Shown here piece after piece: positions 25,717 through 38,097 of a stretch of DNA of 64,000 nt. A program made the translations under genes and the position numbers. This DNA is from Haliotis cracherodii (lineage: Eukaryota), in assembly GCF_022045235.1 (NCBI RefSeq), contig NW_027266264.1, positions 86,676,001-86,740,000 on the forward strand, in the 5' to 3' direction. Below the pieces are notes generated by a model. That model made no database searches. It worked only from the letters and a program-made list of their open reading frames with translations, and was not told the origin of the DNA. The number at the start of each line of letters is the position of its first letter. Position 1 is the first letter of the stretch.

Positions 25717-25948
25717 GTTTGTTTGTTTTATTCTTGCTTTATGACGGTGGTCTGTAAATAATCAAGTATGGACCAGACAGTCCAGTGATTGACATCAAGA
25801 GCATCAATCTAGGCAGTTGGGATGCGATGATATGCATCAACCAAGTCAGCGAGTCTGACCGCCCAGTCCCTTTAGTCACCCCTTATGACGCCTTTTACGG
25901 CAAGCATGGTTTGCTGAAGAACTATTTTGACCCAGAACTTTACAGGTC
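25717..25948 (-). mobile_element. SINE-like family A (decayed)
   Basis: Body matches family A on the reverse strand. Confidence 0.8.
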
Positions 25949-26447
25949 GATCAACAAACAACAAACATATAACAAGATGATCAAGGTAAATGATATGCTA
26001 ATAGCATAGATAAATAATTTGAATGAAGTATGAACACCCAGTTTTGAAAGCACTGACAAAGACACATAGGAAAAAGTCATATACCAAAAAGAACAAATTA
26101 GGAGAAAAATATACTATTTGCAATGGTGAGATGGGTACCTCATCGATGTAGCTGAATGTAGACCCGAGCAGGCATTAATCACTTACGTGGTGATGCGGTC
26201 GTTAAAACAGTACAAAGGTGGTTATTGTGGTTTGAAACCCCTGACCAATCAGAATAGAATATTTCTAAATTTCATTAAAGAATATAGGGTGAATGATGTA
26301 CTTCGTGCAATGCAATTATTGAAAATGCATTCCTATTGAACCGACACCAAGCTTCGTGAGGTTTTGTTGTTTTCACGTCGAAGAATTACTAGTTTTCAAT
26401 ACCCCCAGGTATTGACGTCTTAAATCACGCCAGGTCAGTTGCAGAGT

Positions 26448-27107
26448 ACCATCTTCCCATTTCAGTCATTCACATATGCCACAACATACCACAACACGGA
26501 GTGTGCAAGAATCTTCCCATTTCAGTCATTCACATATGCCACAACATACCACAACACGGAGAGTGCAATAATCTTCCTATTGCAGTCATTCACATATGCC
26601 ACATCATACCACAACACGGAGTGTGCAATAATCTTCCCATTTCAGTCATTCACATATGCCACATCATACCACAACACGGAGAGTGCAATAATCTTCCCAT
26701 TGCAGTCATTCACATATGCCACAACATACCACAACACGGAGAGTGCAATAATCTTCCTATTGCAGTCATTCACATATGCCACATCATACCACAACACGGA
26801 GTGTGCAATAATCTTCCCATTGCAGTCATTCACATATGCCACATCATACCACAACACGGAGAGTGCAATAATCTTCCCATTGCAGTCATTCACTTATGCC
26901 ACAACATATCACAACACGGAGTGTGCAATAATCTTCCCATTGCAGTCATTCACTTATGCCACATCATACCACAACACGGAGAGTGCAATAATCTTCCCAT
27001 TGCAGTCATTCACTTATGCCACATCATACCACAACACGGAGTGTGCAATAATCTTCCCATTGCAGTCATTCACTTATGCCACAACATACCACAACACGGA
27101 GAGTGCA
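26448..27107. repeat. 60-bp minisatellite, ~11 near-identical copies
   Basis: Unit ATCTTCCCATTGCAGTCATTCACATATGCCACATCATACCACAACACGGAGTGTGCAATA. Confidence 0.97.
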
Positions 27108-27596
27108 CTACTTGGCAGCAGGTCAGTCTACCCAGGACCCCCCAACTTCATGAAACTGTGTATGTGATTTCATGACACTCTTGTAAATGAGATTGTTCCG
27201 TTTTCTTTTGATATAGAGCAGATCGATATGGCAAAATGTGGTGAATATATAAAAAATGATTTAATTCTGATAAGAAATTCTATGTCAGAAATCGTCTGCA
27301 GATGTGCAAGAAGCTCCAGTTTTCAATTAAAACCACTGCACAAGCATATTTGAATAATTACCATTGCCAGTGTTCGCAACTTAGGGGCCATTTGGTTCTA
27401 AAGCTCAAACCATATGGCTGGTGAAAACACATGCTGCTGTATAAAATTAAGATATGAATATGTATACAGTGTCCAGAGGAGCTTGTGTGGGTATACGCAC
27501 TCCACACACGGGGCGCTGAGACGCCATGATCTCATCATATTGGTAGGGGTGCGTGGGTGGGTAGTGAAAGAGGTTTGGTGGGTGAGTAGGAGACTA

Positions 27597-27802
27597 GTGA
27601 GCGAGTTAGTGAGTGAGTGAGTAAGAGAGTGGGTAAACGAGTGATTGAGCGAGTTAGCGAGTGAGTATGGTTTTACTTTATGCACCACCCCAGCAATATC
27701 ACTAAGGGATTTACCGGAAATGGGACACCCATGTGTGCCCATGCAAGGAATCGAACGCGGGTCTACGGTGAGAACGCTTTTACCACTAGGCTACCCCACT
27801 GC
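27597..27802 (-). mobile_element. tRNA-derived SINE family B with extended (GAGT)n tail
   Basis: Reverse complement has GTGGGGTAGCCTAGTGGTTAAAGCGTTC and CGTTCGATTCC. Confidence 0.8.
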
Positions 27803-28573
27803 TCCAATTTAAGTTAGTGACACTCTTCAAAATAAACTTCAAGAAGAAAGTGATATGCGGAACATTTGTCGCCCGATGTGCTCGCGCACCTGTCAAGCAG
27901 CAGTTGGGCAGTATCTGAAAATATGTTGGTTGTAATCTGATTAGAAACAGCCGGATGTGCGCAGTATCACACGTTTCTGGTGCAACTATTCTACTCTGTC
28001 TGTGGTGAAACATGTGCTCCTGTTGTGTTTATGTGGTGATTTATCTAACTTCAAAGTCACTTTTTCATTACAACAGAAACATAAAGCCAGAATATACGAA
28101 AACAAGCCTACCAATGAACGTTCAGCATGATGTTGTGATTGTCGACGCTGTTTGAGTAACAACTTTTCTGGTTGCTTATTAAACACATAAACGTAAACTA
28201 CCTTCCAGTTGCTTGTTACACTGAATGTTTCAGATGTATGTCATGTGATGATACATCAAGCCCAGACGAAAGTTTGATCTTTGCACAGCAGACTGAGACA
28301 CAAACATTTACAAATAGTTGATCTGGGAGCTCAAGACTGTGACGACAACACGTACAAAGAAAACTGATCAAGACATGGTGGATTCATACAGCTTCGATTA
28401 TTTATAGTTGCAGTAGCATGTCCTAGATGGTCGCAGAGGTCCGGATTCCTCAGGCCCAGGGATTCAGGGGACAGCTATCCGCTATGCGAGGGTGTGCATA
28501 TGAAGGGTCATAGTCCTTGTCCTTTGGCGGGATGCACTGGTGGCTCACAACATGCGATTTGGTACACTTGTTG

Positions 28574-28820
28574 GACCCGTGGAGATCTTCAACATTCCAT
28601 GCTTGCCGTAAAAGGTGACTATACTTGTCGTAAGAGGCGCCTAACGGGATCGGGTAGTCAGGCTCGCTGACTTGGTTGATGCATGCCATCGTATTCAATT
28701 TGCGTGGATCGATGCTCATAATGTCAGTCACTGGATTAACTGGTCCAGCCTCAATTATTTACAGACCGCCGTCATATTGCTGGTATATTGCTGAGTGCGG
28801 CGTTAGTTAAACAACAAACA
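28574..28820 (+). mobile_element. SINE-like family A
   Basis: GACCCGTGGAGATC.. head (loop region deleted), full body and tail. Confidence 0.88.
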
Positions 28821-29024
28821 GACAGAAAAGATAGCAATAAGTGGCAGCTAAGAAGCTGTTGTATCAATGAAGACAGAGGAGACTGTTCTGTGTATGTAAC
28901 GTTCAGTACAGAGGCTGGTGCATTTGTCAAGCTAGTGTACCTATATTAAGCTCTTGCTTGATTTGTATACAAGTGCCGCCTGTATCGAAACGTACAGAAA
29001 CAGCTGCATTATCATCAGTTCATT

Positions 29025-29687
29025 CTGTCCTTGGTATCAGACCTGATGAGTGGCCCCTCTTTCTTCATCTTATCCGTGTAATCAAAACTGATGAGTGACC
29101 TCCCTTTCTTCATCTTGTCCTTGGCATCAGAACTGATGAATGGCCTCCCTTCATTCATCTTCTCCGTGTAATCAGAACTAATGAGTGGCCTCCCTTCCTT
29201 CATCTTGTCCTTGGTATCAGAACAGATGAGTCGCCTCCCTTTCTTCATCTTGTTCCGGGTATCAGAACTGATGAGTGGCCTCCCTTTCTTCATCTTGTTC
29301 TTGGTATCAAAACTGATGAGTGACCTCCCTTCCTTCATCTTATACGTGGTATCAAAAACTGATGAGTGACTCAGTTTCTTCATCTTGGTCTTGGTAATAG
29401 AGATGATGAGTGACCTCCCTTTCTTCAGCTTGTTCTTGGTATCAAAACTGATGAGTGGCCTCCCTTTCTTCATCTTGTCCGAGGTATCAGAACTGATGTG
29501 TCGCCTCTATTTCTTCATCTTGTCCAGGGTATCAGAACTGATGAGTGGCTCAGTTTCTTCATCTTGTTCTTGGTAATAGAACTGATGAGTCGCCTCCCTC
29601 TCTTCATCTTGTTTTTGGTATAAAAAATGATGAGTGGCCTCCCTTCCTTCATCTTATCCGTGCTATCAGACCTGTTGAGTGGCCTCT
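29025..29687. repeat. 45-bp minisatellite
   Basis: Unit TTGGTATCAGAACTGATGAGTGGCCTCCCTTTCTTCATCTTGTCC, ~14 copies. Confidence 0.93.
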
Positions 29688-30177
29688 CAGGCTTGTGATA
29701 TGTATTATTCAGTGTTTTGTTTGCAGCTGAAGAGTGTGCACTACAGAACGACGTCCTGGCGCTGCCCGTTCACCACTTGTCAGTTCAGTAAACAGATCAA
29801 AGGTTACATCGCCCTACAGTTTCTTCGAGGGCTTTTTCAGATTAATTACTTGCACTGACAACGAATACCATAAAATAAGCAGTTTAGAGACGAGAGGCAT
29901 TGACATGAAAGGCAGCATACATCTAGTTTGTCTCTTCAGCAGACAGTTTGAGGAGGTTCTCCACTTGGTAACATGCTTTCACGGTTGTCGTAATTACGAA
30001 TCTGTAGATAACACTTGGACAAACATGCAAATAATTGCCTTCATTTTGAGAGACTTGCAGGTGACTCATAGGATGAGTACTGGTGAAGGCAGTGTTCTTA
30101 TATAAGATACAGTAAAAATATACATATTAGATGTGTATGTGTACCGTTGTGCGTGTTACAGGACATTCTTTGTTATC

Positions 30178-30752
30178 ATAAGTTGATGGATGGCTGCACT
30201 AGGGTACATGTATGACCATGTGTGTGTGTGTCCTGAGAGTTATTACAAGTTGATGGTTGGCTGCACTAGGGTACATGTATGACCATATGTCTGTGTCCTG
30301 AGAGTTATTACAAGTTGATGGATGTCTGCACTAGGGTACATGTATGACCATGTGTATGTATGAGAGAGTTATTACAAGTTGATGGTTGGCTGCACTAGGG
30401 TACATGTATGACCATATGTCTGTGTCCTGAGAGTGTTTACAAGTTGATGTATGTCTGCACTAGGGTACATGTATGACCACGTGTATGTATGAGAGAGTTA
30501 TTACAAGTTGATGGTTGGCTGCACTAGGGTACATGTATGACCATATGTCTGTGTCCTGAGAGTGTTTACAAGTTGATGGTTGGAGCACTAGGGTACATGT
30601 ATGACCACGTGTATGTATGAGAGAGTTATTACAAGTTGATGGTTGGCTGCACTAGGGTACATGTATGACCATGTGTCTGTGTCCTGAGAGTTATTACAAG
30701 TTGATGGTTGGAGCACTAGGGTACATGTATGACCATGTGTCTGTGCCCTGAG
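30178..30752. repeat. 65-bp minisatellite with two interleaved variants
   Basis: ACAAGTTGATGGTTGGCTGCACTAGGGTACATGTATGACC.. recurs every 65 bp. Confidence 0.94.
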
Positions 30753-31172
30753 AGGCAGCAGTTCTTCGTCTTTAGTTGTTGAATTATAGTATGTTAAGGC
30801 CATAGATGTTTAAAACGTAAGTGTTGATGGAAACAATTGTAGTCTTTCATTGGCTTTCAGCAGGAAGACATGAAACCGCCCATTGCTAACAACTTCTATA
30901 TTGTCCAACTGGGACGCTTCTCCCGTCGTCAAACCGAGGGACGGTACGGTAGCCTAATGGTCGTTTCTCTGAAGGCCCAGGTTCCGATAATCCGGTATGT
31001 TGGTATTTAATTGCTGACTGCATCCAAGAAGGTTATAAAATGTGTGAACTCAGGGAGCACCCACGAGCACGGGTATGGTACTGACAAACCTACAAGACGA
31101 AACTGGAATTCGAACCGATGACCACAGGTTTCTGGTATACTACGGGACGCGTCAGCATCGCGGAATGCGGCA

Positions 31173-31680
31173 ACTTGAGCGCCTTAAGCACCTCGAGCAC
31201 CTTGAGCGACTTGAGCGATTTGAGCACCTTCAGCGACATTTAGCACCTGGAGCACCTTGCGCGACCTTTAGCTCTTTAGCACCTTAAGCGACTTGAGCAA
31301 CTTGAGAACCTTTACCACCTTGGGCGACTTGAACACCTTGTGCGACTTGAGCACCTTTGATCACCTTGAGCGACTTGAGCGACTTGAGCGACTTGAGCGA
31401 CTTGAGCAACTAGGGCGACATGAGCACCTTGGGGGACTTGAGCACCTTGAGCACCTTATCACTTTGAGCGACTTGAGCGACTTGAGCACCTTGAGCACCT
31501 TGAGCGACTTGAGCACCTTGAGCGACTTGAGCACCTTGGGCGACTAGAGCACCTTGAGTGTCTTGAGCACCTTGAACATCTTGAGCACCTTAAGGATTTT
31601 GAGCAATTTGAACACCTTGAGCACCTTGAGCGATTTGAACACCTTGAGCGACTTCAGCGACTCGAGCACCTTGAGTGACG
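31173..31680. repeat. 9-bp compound repeat (CTTGAGCGA / CTTGAGCAC)
   Basis: Two interleaved nonamer variants. Confidence 0.9.
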
Positions 31681-31793
31681 TGGTCACCCTGGTCCCTTCC
31701 AATGAAATGTCTCAGTACAGTCCCATCAGTGTCTCCTACAGTCCTGACACCATAGTAGGTTTTTATGAAGATGCTCATACAGCACCATATGTC

Positions 31794-32001
31794 CATTGAA
31801 TCTCCGGCTTTAAAACCGCCACTTCTGGAAGATAGTGCGTATTTCTATGGGAACGCAGCCTCTCTTGACTAGGACTAACAGCATATGCCCTCCGGTGATG
31901 TGTGGTCCAGTGTATGGAGCAATGCTTTTAGTTGTCACAGATACTTGGGATTCATCGGGAGTGATAATCCGGGCAGTTTGGTATATAGTTGACATCAAAG
32001 C
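31794..32001. repeat. ~205-bp dispersed repeat, copy 2
   Basis: Closely matches 5433-5639. Confidence 0.9.
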
Positions 32002-32677
32002 AGGACGTAATGGCGAAAGTGGCACGGTCGTCTTGTGTCACCACTTGCCATGTAATTTGTGTTTTACTCGCTTAACAATATTTCTCGGCCCCAGATGGGT
32101 TTTTTTGTTTTACGTCGTCGTGTATTTTTGTCGTGTATTACAACTTGCAGACAGCTGCCAGTGTTTGTAGTGCATGTAAAAACTGCCATTTGTGTCGAGC
32201 GCTCCTATAAACCCAGTGTGTACACAGGTGACACGTGACGCACCCTTGCCAAGGGCCCCGGATGTTCATCTGAATAAAATATACAGTAGATGAGGATATT
32301 AAAAGATGGATATTATGTGGTGAATTCAATGTAGAAGCAATGACCGCTTAGAGGGGATTATAAAATGACTGGTAAATAATAAAATTTATTAGGAGTACGT
32401 ACAGCTGCTGTTGGACAGATTGGAAAGCATGTGTTTGCAGACACACGTCGGGTGCTCCCCGTTCATTGTGTCTCTAGACGCATCTGTGGTGTGTGAGAGT
32501 GTGAAGCCCCTGGCGATGTTTTGCAGTCGTTTACCACTTCGCTGAAACTGTCAAGCACCTCATACAGGACGATTTGTACCCACAGCATAGGATTCTGACA
32601 TGCCTAAGGCACGCAACTCTACACAGCGATTAGCAGCGACTAAACCACCCGTGTCCAGATCATATGTACATGAATTA

Positions 32678-32883
32678 GGTGTGGATGTGGATGTGGATAG
32701 GGTATGGGTGTGGGTGTGGGTGTGGATGTGTGTGTGGGTGTGGGTGTGGGTGTGGGTGTGGGTGTGGGTGTGGATTTGGGTATGGGTGTGTGTGTGAGTA
32801 TGGTGTTGTGTGCGGTGTGGTGTGTGTTTGTGGTGATGTTGATGTAGGAGTTGCATGGGTGTGTGTGCTGTCTGGTGTGTGTT
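32678..32883. repeat. (TGGGTG)n/(TG)n microsatellite abutting gap
   Basis: Read directly. Confidence 0.9.
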
Positions 32884-33091
32884 NNNNNNNNNNNNNNNNN
32901 NNNNNNNNNNNNNNNNNNNNNNNNNNNNNNNNNNNNNNNNNNNNNNNNNNNNNNNNNNNNNNNNNNNNNNNNNNNNNNNNNNNNNNNNNNNNNNNNNNNN
33001 NNNNNNNNNNNNNNNNNNNNNNNNNNNNNNNNNNNNNNNNNNNNNNNNNNNNNNNNNNNNNNNNNNNNNNNNNNNNNNNNNNNNNNNNNNN
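32884..33091. other. Assembly gap
   Basis: N run. Confidence 1.
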
Positions 33092-33797
33092 ACCTACAGA
33101 AGTAAACGTTCTACCTCAGTACCTTACTCTACTTCCTGTAACCGTGACCTCTGTGTACTGACAGAGTCTGACCAGTGTCCTCTGGGTTCACGCCCAAACG
33201 TAAGAATTGCGTTAAAGACCAGTGATCCAATCCTGTTATTGATCTGCGACACTACACGCCCCCATCAGCCCGTGGACATGTGCCCTGGCTCATCCGCTGT
33301 GTAACATACTTACCTGTTTGTAAACATCTCATCATGTGATCGGTCGACACCACCAGACGAGAAATGTGGCAACACTATTCTGTTTCTGTTACGCTGTGAA
33401 GAACTCGAATCAAACGATATGCCGTATACTCCATCAACCTTCGGAACAGCAAGATCGTCCAAATATTGACCAAGTGATTGTTGTATTTGCCAGGTCCTTC
33501 AACAATAGTTGCCTTGAAGTATTCCTGAATATCAATCTCAGCTGTTAGGTTAATTGTTACAATTTATCACCCATCATTTATTGTTTTGAACAACGACATT
33601 TCCTAAAGATCCGTTCTGCCATTTGTATTTGTCTTCATCACCCACGTACAGGACAATCTTCACGGCAGCTAAGTAATCCCTTCTGAAGTTGTTTAATGTT
33701 ATTCTCCTTTCGAGTCAATCTTAAAGGGGCTGCTGGGGACTTGGTACTGCAGTTCACAAGATGGAATGATGACGGTTACTTTGATAATCAGATATTG

Positions 33798-34310
33798 TTG
33801 GTTTGTTTGTTGTTTAACGCCGCACTCAGCATTAGTCCAGCTATGTGACGGCGTAACAAATGTTATATTTGGGATAACACTTTTTTATAGTAAACTACAG
33901 ATTCTCGTACTTTTTTAGGTTGAATCCCATTCGGGATTCGAACCCACACTGACAGAATATAGCACCTATTCTCCAGCACACAAAGTCAGCGATCTAACCC
34001 ACTCAGACACCGAAGCTTCAACAAAAATGAAAGTTCGACAACTGGTAGCCTAGTTCACGTACCCTTTCTAAATGGCATTGTGTGTTCATATATGACGGCG
34101 GTCTGTAAATAATCGAGTCTGGACCAGACAATCCATGTGTTTGAGATCATGCGCATATATCTACGCATTTGGAATACGATAGCATGCATCAACCAAGTCA
34201 GAGAGCCTGACCACCTGATCCCGTTAGTCGCCTCTTACGACAAGCATAGTCATCTTTTAAGGCAAGCATGGGTTGCTGAAGACCTACTCTTCCCCGAATC
34301 TTCACGGTTC
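33798..34310 (-). mobile_element. SINE-like family A split by a nested insertion
   Basis: Tail at 33798-33853; remainder at 34089-34310. Confidence 0.85.
33854..34088 (-). mobile_element. Insertion containing a tRNA-like sequence (~33925-34015)
   Basis: Reverse complement has GGTGTCTGAGTGGGTTAGATCGCTGACT...GTGGGTTCGAATCCC; 12-bp duplication TATGTGACGGCG/TATATGACGGCG at the borders. Confidence 0.7.
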
Positions 34311-35632
34311 GATAATCAGATATAAAGTGAGGTATACATCTATCAAGAACCAATTAAATAATGTATGTAATCGATTTTCATATAAACCTAGTCTGTCGCA
34401 GTACAGATTGACGTATATTCTTCAAGGAGTCATCGGCAAACACAATTGAGTATACTCTCAATAAACAGTGCGTTCATGCTGAGTGATCGGGATGTGTATA
34501 CACGATTTAGGCCTGCTTCTACACTGAAGTCACACAGAGAATTGTCTACCCGTTCCATGTAGGGGCAGAGTTCCTGGAGTTCCATGTAGTATTTAGTGTT
34601 GAGTCACCAGAGTGAACATATATTATTCATACTAGCTCAAAGCGTTCCTCACTGACCATGCATGGGGTAGATGCCGACGCGCGTCGACACACATATCTCC
34701 AGCCGGTGTTGTGATTCCTCCTGCGTTTGGCGTAAACATCGAACTCTGAGCTGATTGAAAGGCTAACGTTCCGTTTGCTTTGATTAACCAGTGTTCTGCT
34801 AGGACCATACCATTCACGCGGTGCAACCTATAGCATACACGAGGGGCAGCGAGTATGACGCGCTGGGCCGATCAGCACAGATAAACTGCACAGCAAAAGA
34901 AGGTTAACACTTTAAAATCTGATTTAACAAAACCAATACAAATGTAATCCAAAAGTTATAAGGTTGAAAATAGTCGCCGAAAACACTGCATATTTACGGT
35001 CTCGTATCAAATCACCATCCAATAACCGTTTCTTGTTGTTTCACGTTAACCACCATCAAACGTGGGTGTATTCTTTCGTCTGTCAGGGAGTTTAGCTCAG
35101 CTGAAGAGACTGGGTACCAGGATTTCGTGGAATCTTATTTAACCACAGTCTTCAGCTGGAACATGCATATGACCATCATCACGCTAAGTTGCAACCTTGA
35201 AAGGTGTATGTCAGACCCTGTGTCGGCCAGGTTGCATGTGAACATGTCGTTATTGACCAGTCCATATCTATAGTAGTATCTATCTCGTCTTGGATGAGAG
35301 CCTACAGCAAATAGTCTCTGGTAGGACAGGACAGCGTGCCAGTTGGTCTGTGTAGAGGGTACTTAACGTTGTATTTCCACAATCTTGGTACCTGCAGCGC
35401 CACATTCACACTTTACTCTGGGGAATACTGGCATATAGTTAAATCATGCACTCATTCACTGTGTTCGTTGTTTAGCACCAAAATGTTAAACTTTTAGAAT
35501 ATTTTAACAACATGTGGAAACATCCTTCGTTGTGTAGAACTTGATGTCCTCCTCGTCTCAAACTGTGAGATTGACCCTCGTCGCAGGTTCGTATTTGGCT
35601 TGGAAGTAATGTAGATTTGTTCTGACTTCCTA

Positions 35633-36163
35633 TATGGTCTGGCCAGTTCTTTTAAGGCTGTGCAGAGCTACATCCCGTGGGCGTCCCAGGATCCTGTGAT
35701 CATGAGTTCGAATCCCAGATTCTCCCTGATTGTGTGTCTAGGTTTCTCTACACCAATCCCTTGCTGCTGAGATTCATCAAAGTGACAAACACTAAGTTGT
35801 TTGTTTGTTGTAAACGCCGCCCTCCGCAATATTCCAGTTATATGACAGCGGTCTGTATGTAAATAATCGAGTCTGGGCCAGACAATCCAGTGATTGACAT
35901 CCTGAGCATCGATCTACACAACTGGGATACTATGACATGCATCAACCATGTCCGCGAGCCTGACCACCCGATCCCGTTAGTCGCCTCTTACAACAAGCAT
36001 AGACGCCTTTTACGGCAAGCATGGGTTGCTGAAGAGTGAAGACCATTTCTAACCCAGAAATCTTCACGAGACGATAAACACAAAGACCAGCATCACTTTC
36101 GACTGTCCACCTACAAGCTGACACGCCGTGACATAACTGAAATACTGTGAAACCCAACTCACA
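35633..36163 (+). mobile_element. tRNA-derived SINE family C, interrupted by a family A copy
   Basis: GCTGTGCAGAG..GAGTTCGAATCCC..CTAGGTTT..CACCA before the insert and GCATCACTT..AAGCTGACACGCCGTGA..AACTCAC after it, as in 62610-62890. Confidence 0.75.
35796..36069 (-). mobile_element. SINE-like family A
   Basis: Near full-length match on the reverse strand. Confidence 0.9.
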
Positions 36164-36340
36164 CATACGTGTTTCTCGCTGCCTTCTTCGCCGTTGACCT
36201 CTAGGCCATCGCCAGGTACCGCCCCAGTATGAGATTCTCTCGGTCGGCCAATTAATCTCGCCCCTAAGAGGTCAGAAACATTGGTTCCTTTCATCCAAGC
36301 AATCCATATTTTATATCTGTTTCTAATCTCCAACCGCGAT

Positions 36341-36500
36341 GGCGGCGGTATAGCCTAGTGGTTAAAGCGTTCGTTCATTACGCAGAAGACCTGGGTTCGA
36401 GTCTCCACAGGAGTACAATGTTTGAAGCTCTTGTATGGTGCCCCCCGCCGTAATATTACTGGAATCTTTGTAAAAGCTGCGTCAAACAATACTCACTCAC
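36341..36500 (+). mobile_element. tRNA-derived SINE family B
   Basis: TAGCCTAGTGGTTAAAGCGTTCG..GGGTTCGAGTC..ACTCACTCAC. Confidence 0.85.
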
Positions 36501-36663
36501 TTTTGGTTTTTCACATCGGGGGATAAATCTAGAAAACAACAACCCTAAAATTGAGGTAAGTAAACTTATTTATTATTTCAGGTCGGAATAAAAATTTAGG
36601 GTGTGCGGGATATGGGACACACAGAAAACAATATGTTCTACTCGTTCTACTAAAACAATGGCA

Positions 36664-36907
36664 CCCGTGAAGAGAAGGGGTAGAAAAGGTCTTCAGCAAC
36701 CCATGCTTGCTGTGAAAGGCGACTATACTCGTCGTAAGAGGCGACTAACGGGATCGCTGACTTGGTTGATGCATGTCATCGTATTCCAAATGCGTAGATC
36801 TATGCGCACGATGTCAAGCACTGGAATGTCTGGTCCAGCCTCGATTATTTACAGACCGCCGTCATATAGCTGCAAAATAGTGCGGCGTTAAAAACAAACA
36901 ACAAACA
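36664..36907 (+). mobile_element. SINE-like family A
   Basis: ACCCGTGAAGA.. head, body and (CAAA) tail. Confidence 0.88.
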
Positions 36908-37436
36908 CTAAAACAATGGTGCCACACACGCATGTCGCTGTGTTACTGTGCAACAAGTGACGATGATGCTTCAGAGGGAATTATTCTTACAATGAGACAT
37001 ATGGTATGGTGGTAATGATATTTATTGTTATTGTTGCTACGAATATTTCATAATTGGTGCTATGGAACTGATGAGACGAACGTCACAGACTGTATAGTTA
37101 TAGTAATAGAAAGAATTCTCTGTGTACAGAATATTATCTTTGAATAGCTACTCAAAAAGACATTTTTGAAAACGGAAAATGTAAATAAAGTTCAATGTAA
37201 ATACATTTATGCTGAAATTAAATAATGCAACTTTTAGTTCATATTCATATATTTTGTCAACTGTAAGGTCGTGATTCACAATTTGCACGTTCATGCATGG
37301 CGCACAATTTGGATGTTTGCGTGTTTTTTGGTAGCATGAGACATTTCAAATGTGAACAGCATGTGAACACGATTATTCTTTAGCTATCAGGTGCTCATAA
37401 AAACAGTTTTGTTTATCCGTAAATAACGCTAACGCA

Positions 37437-38097
37437 ATGTCACGGCTTGCTGAACATCAACGTCTACGCGCCGTGGGTATCGAAACACAATGTCATCTCT
37501 TTGGAGACATTATCTACATCCGGGCAACACTCCTGACTTGCCATGGACCGCTCATCCACGGTTGACGTCACGTCAACAAGCCAACCATATTCGGTTGGTG
37601 CATATACGGAATCGACTCAAAACTACCACATTAATAGCTCGGATAATGGAAACCACCCTGACCAGACGTCCAGCGATACGCCCAATTCTGCTTCCACGTC
37701 ACCGTCAAGCATGCCCTGCTTGGCCGAGACAGCATCCGAGGTTCAGAAGACAAGACGGGCAATATACAGTTCACTGATGAGTCCAGGTTTCGTGCAAGGG
37801 TCAATATGCGGCCCGGGCCGGAGAACGTTTAGCGCCGCTTGCGTTACACCACGTCGTCAATATGGGGTGGAAGTGTAATGGTATGGGTGGCATCACTTCT
37901 CATGGAGAGCACAACACATCATAGTTAATGGCAATTTGAACGGCGTAAGCATCGTTCGAGATCATGTTCTCCCGTTTGTGCCATGCAGGGACGTCACGTC
38001 ACGTTGCAGCACGATCATGCCAGCCCACGAGTTGTACGAGCATTAATTGCTGAACTCACCTGTAATAAAGCAAATGGCTGTCACACCAGATATGGGC
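37437..38097 (+). pseudogene. Highly decayed Tc1-family transposase remnant
   Basis: Fragments MSRLAEHQRLRAVG, HPRLTSRQQANHIRLVHIRNR, FTDESRF (37770-37790), VMVW-GGIT, NGNLNG, LQHDHA, ANGCHTRY, with many deletions and frameshifts. Confidence 0.85.

Noticed and set aside
29025-29687. Repeated CTGATGAG suggesting tandem hammerhead ribozymes
   Set aside because: No stem II followed by GAAA and no matching cleavage-site helix
32679-33304. ORFs spanning N runs (also 44366-44876)
   Set aside because: Artefacts of assembly gaps and flanking microsatellites
37068-37090. CTGATGAGACGAACGTC hammerhead-like core
   Set aside because: The putative stem II is followed by ACAG rather than the required GAAA
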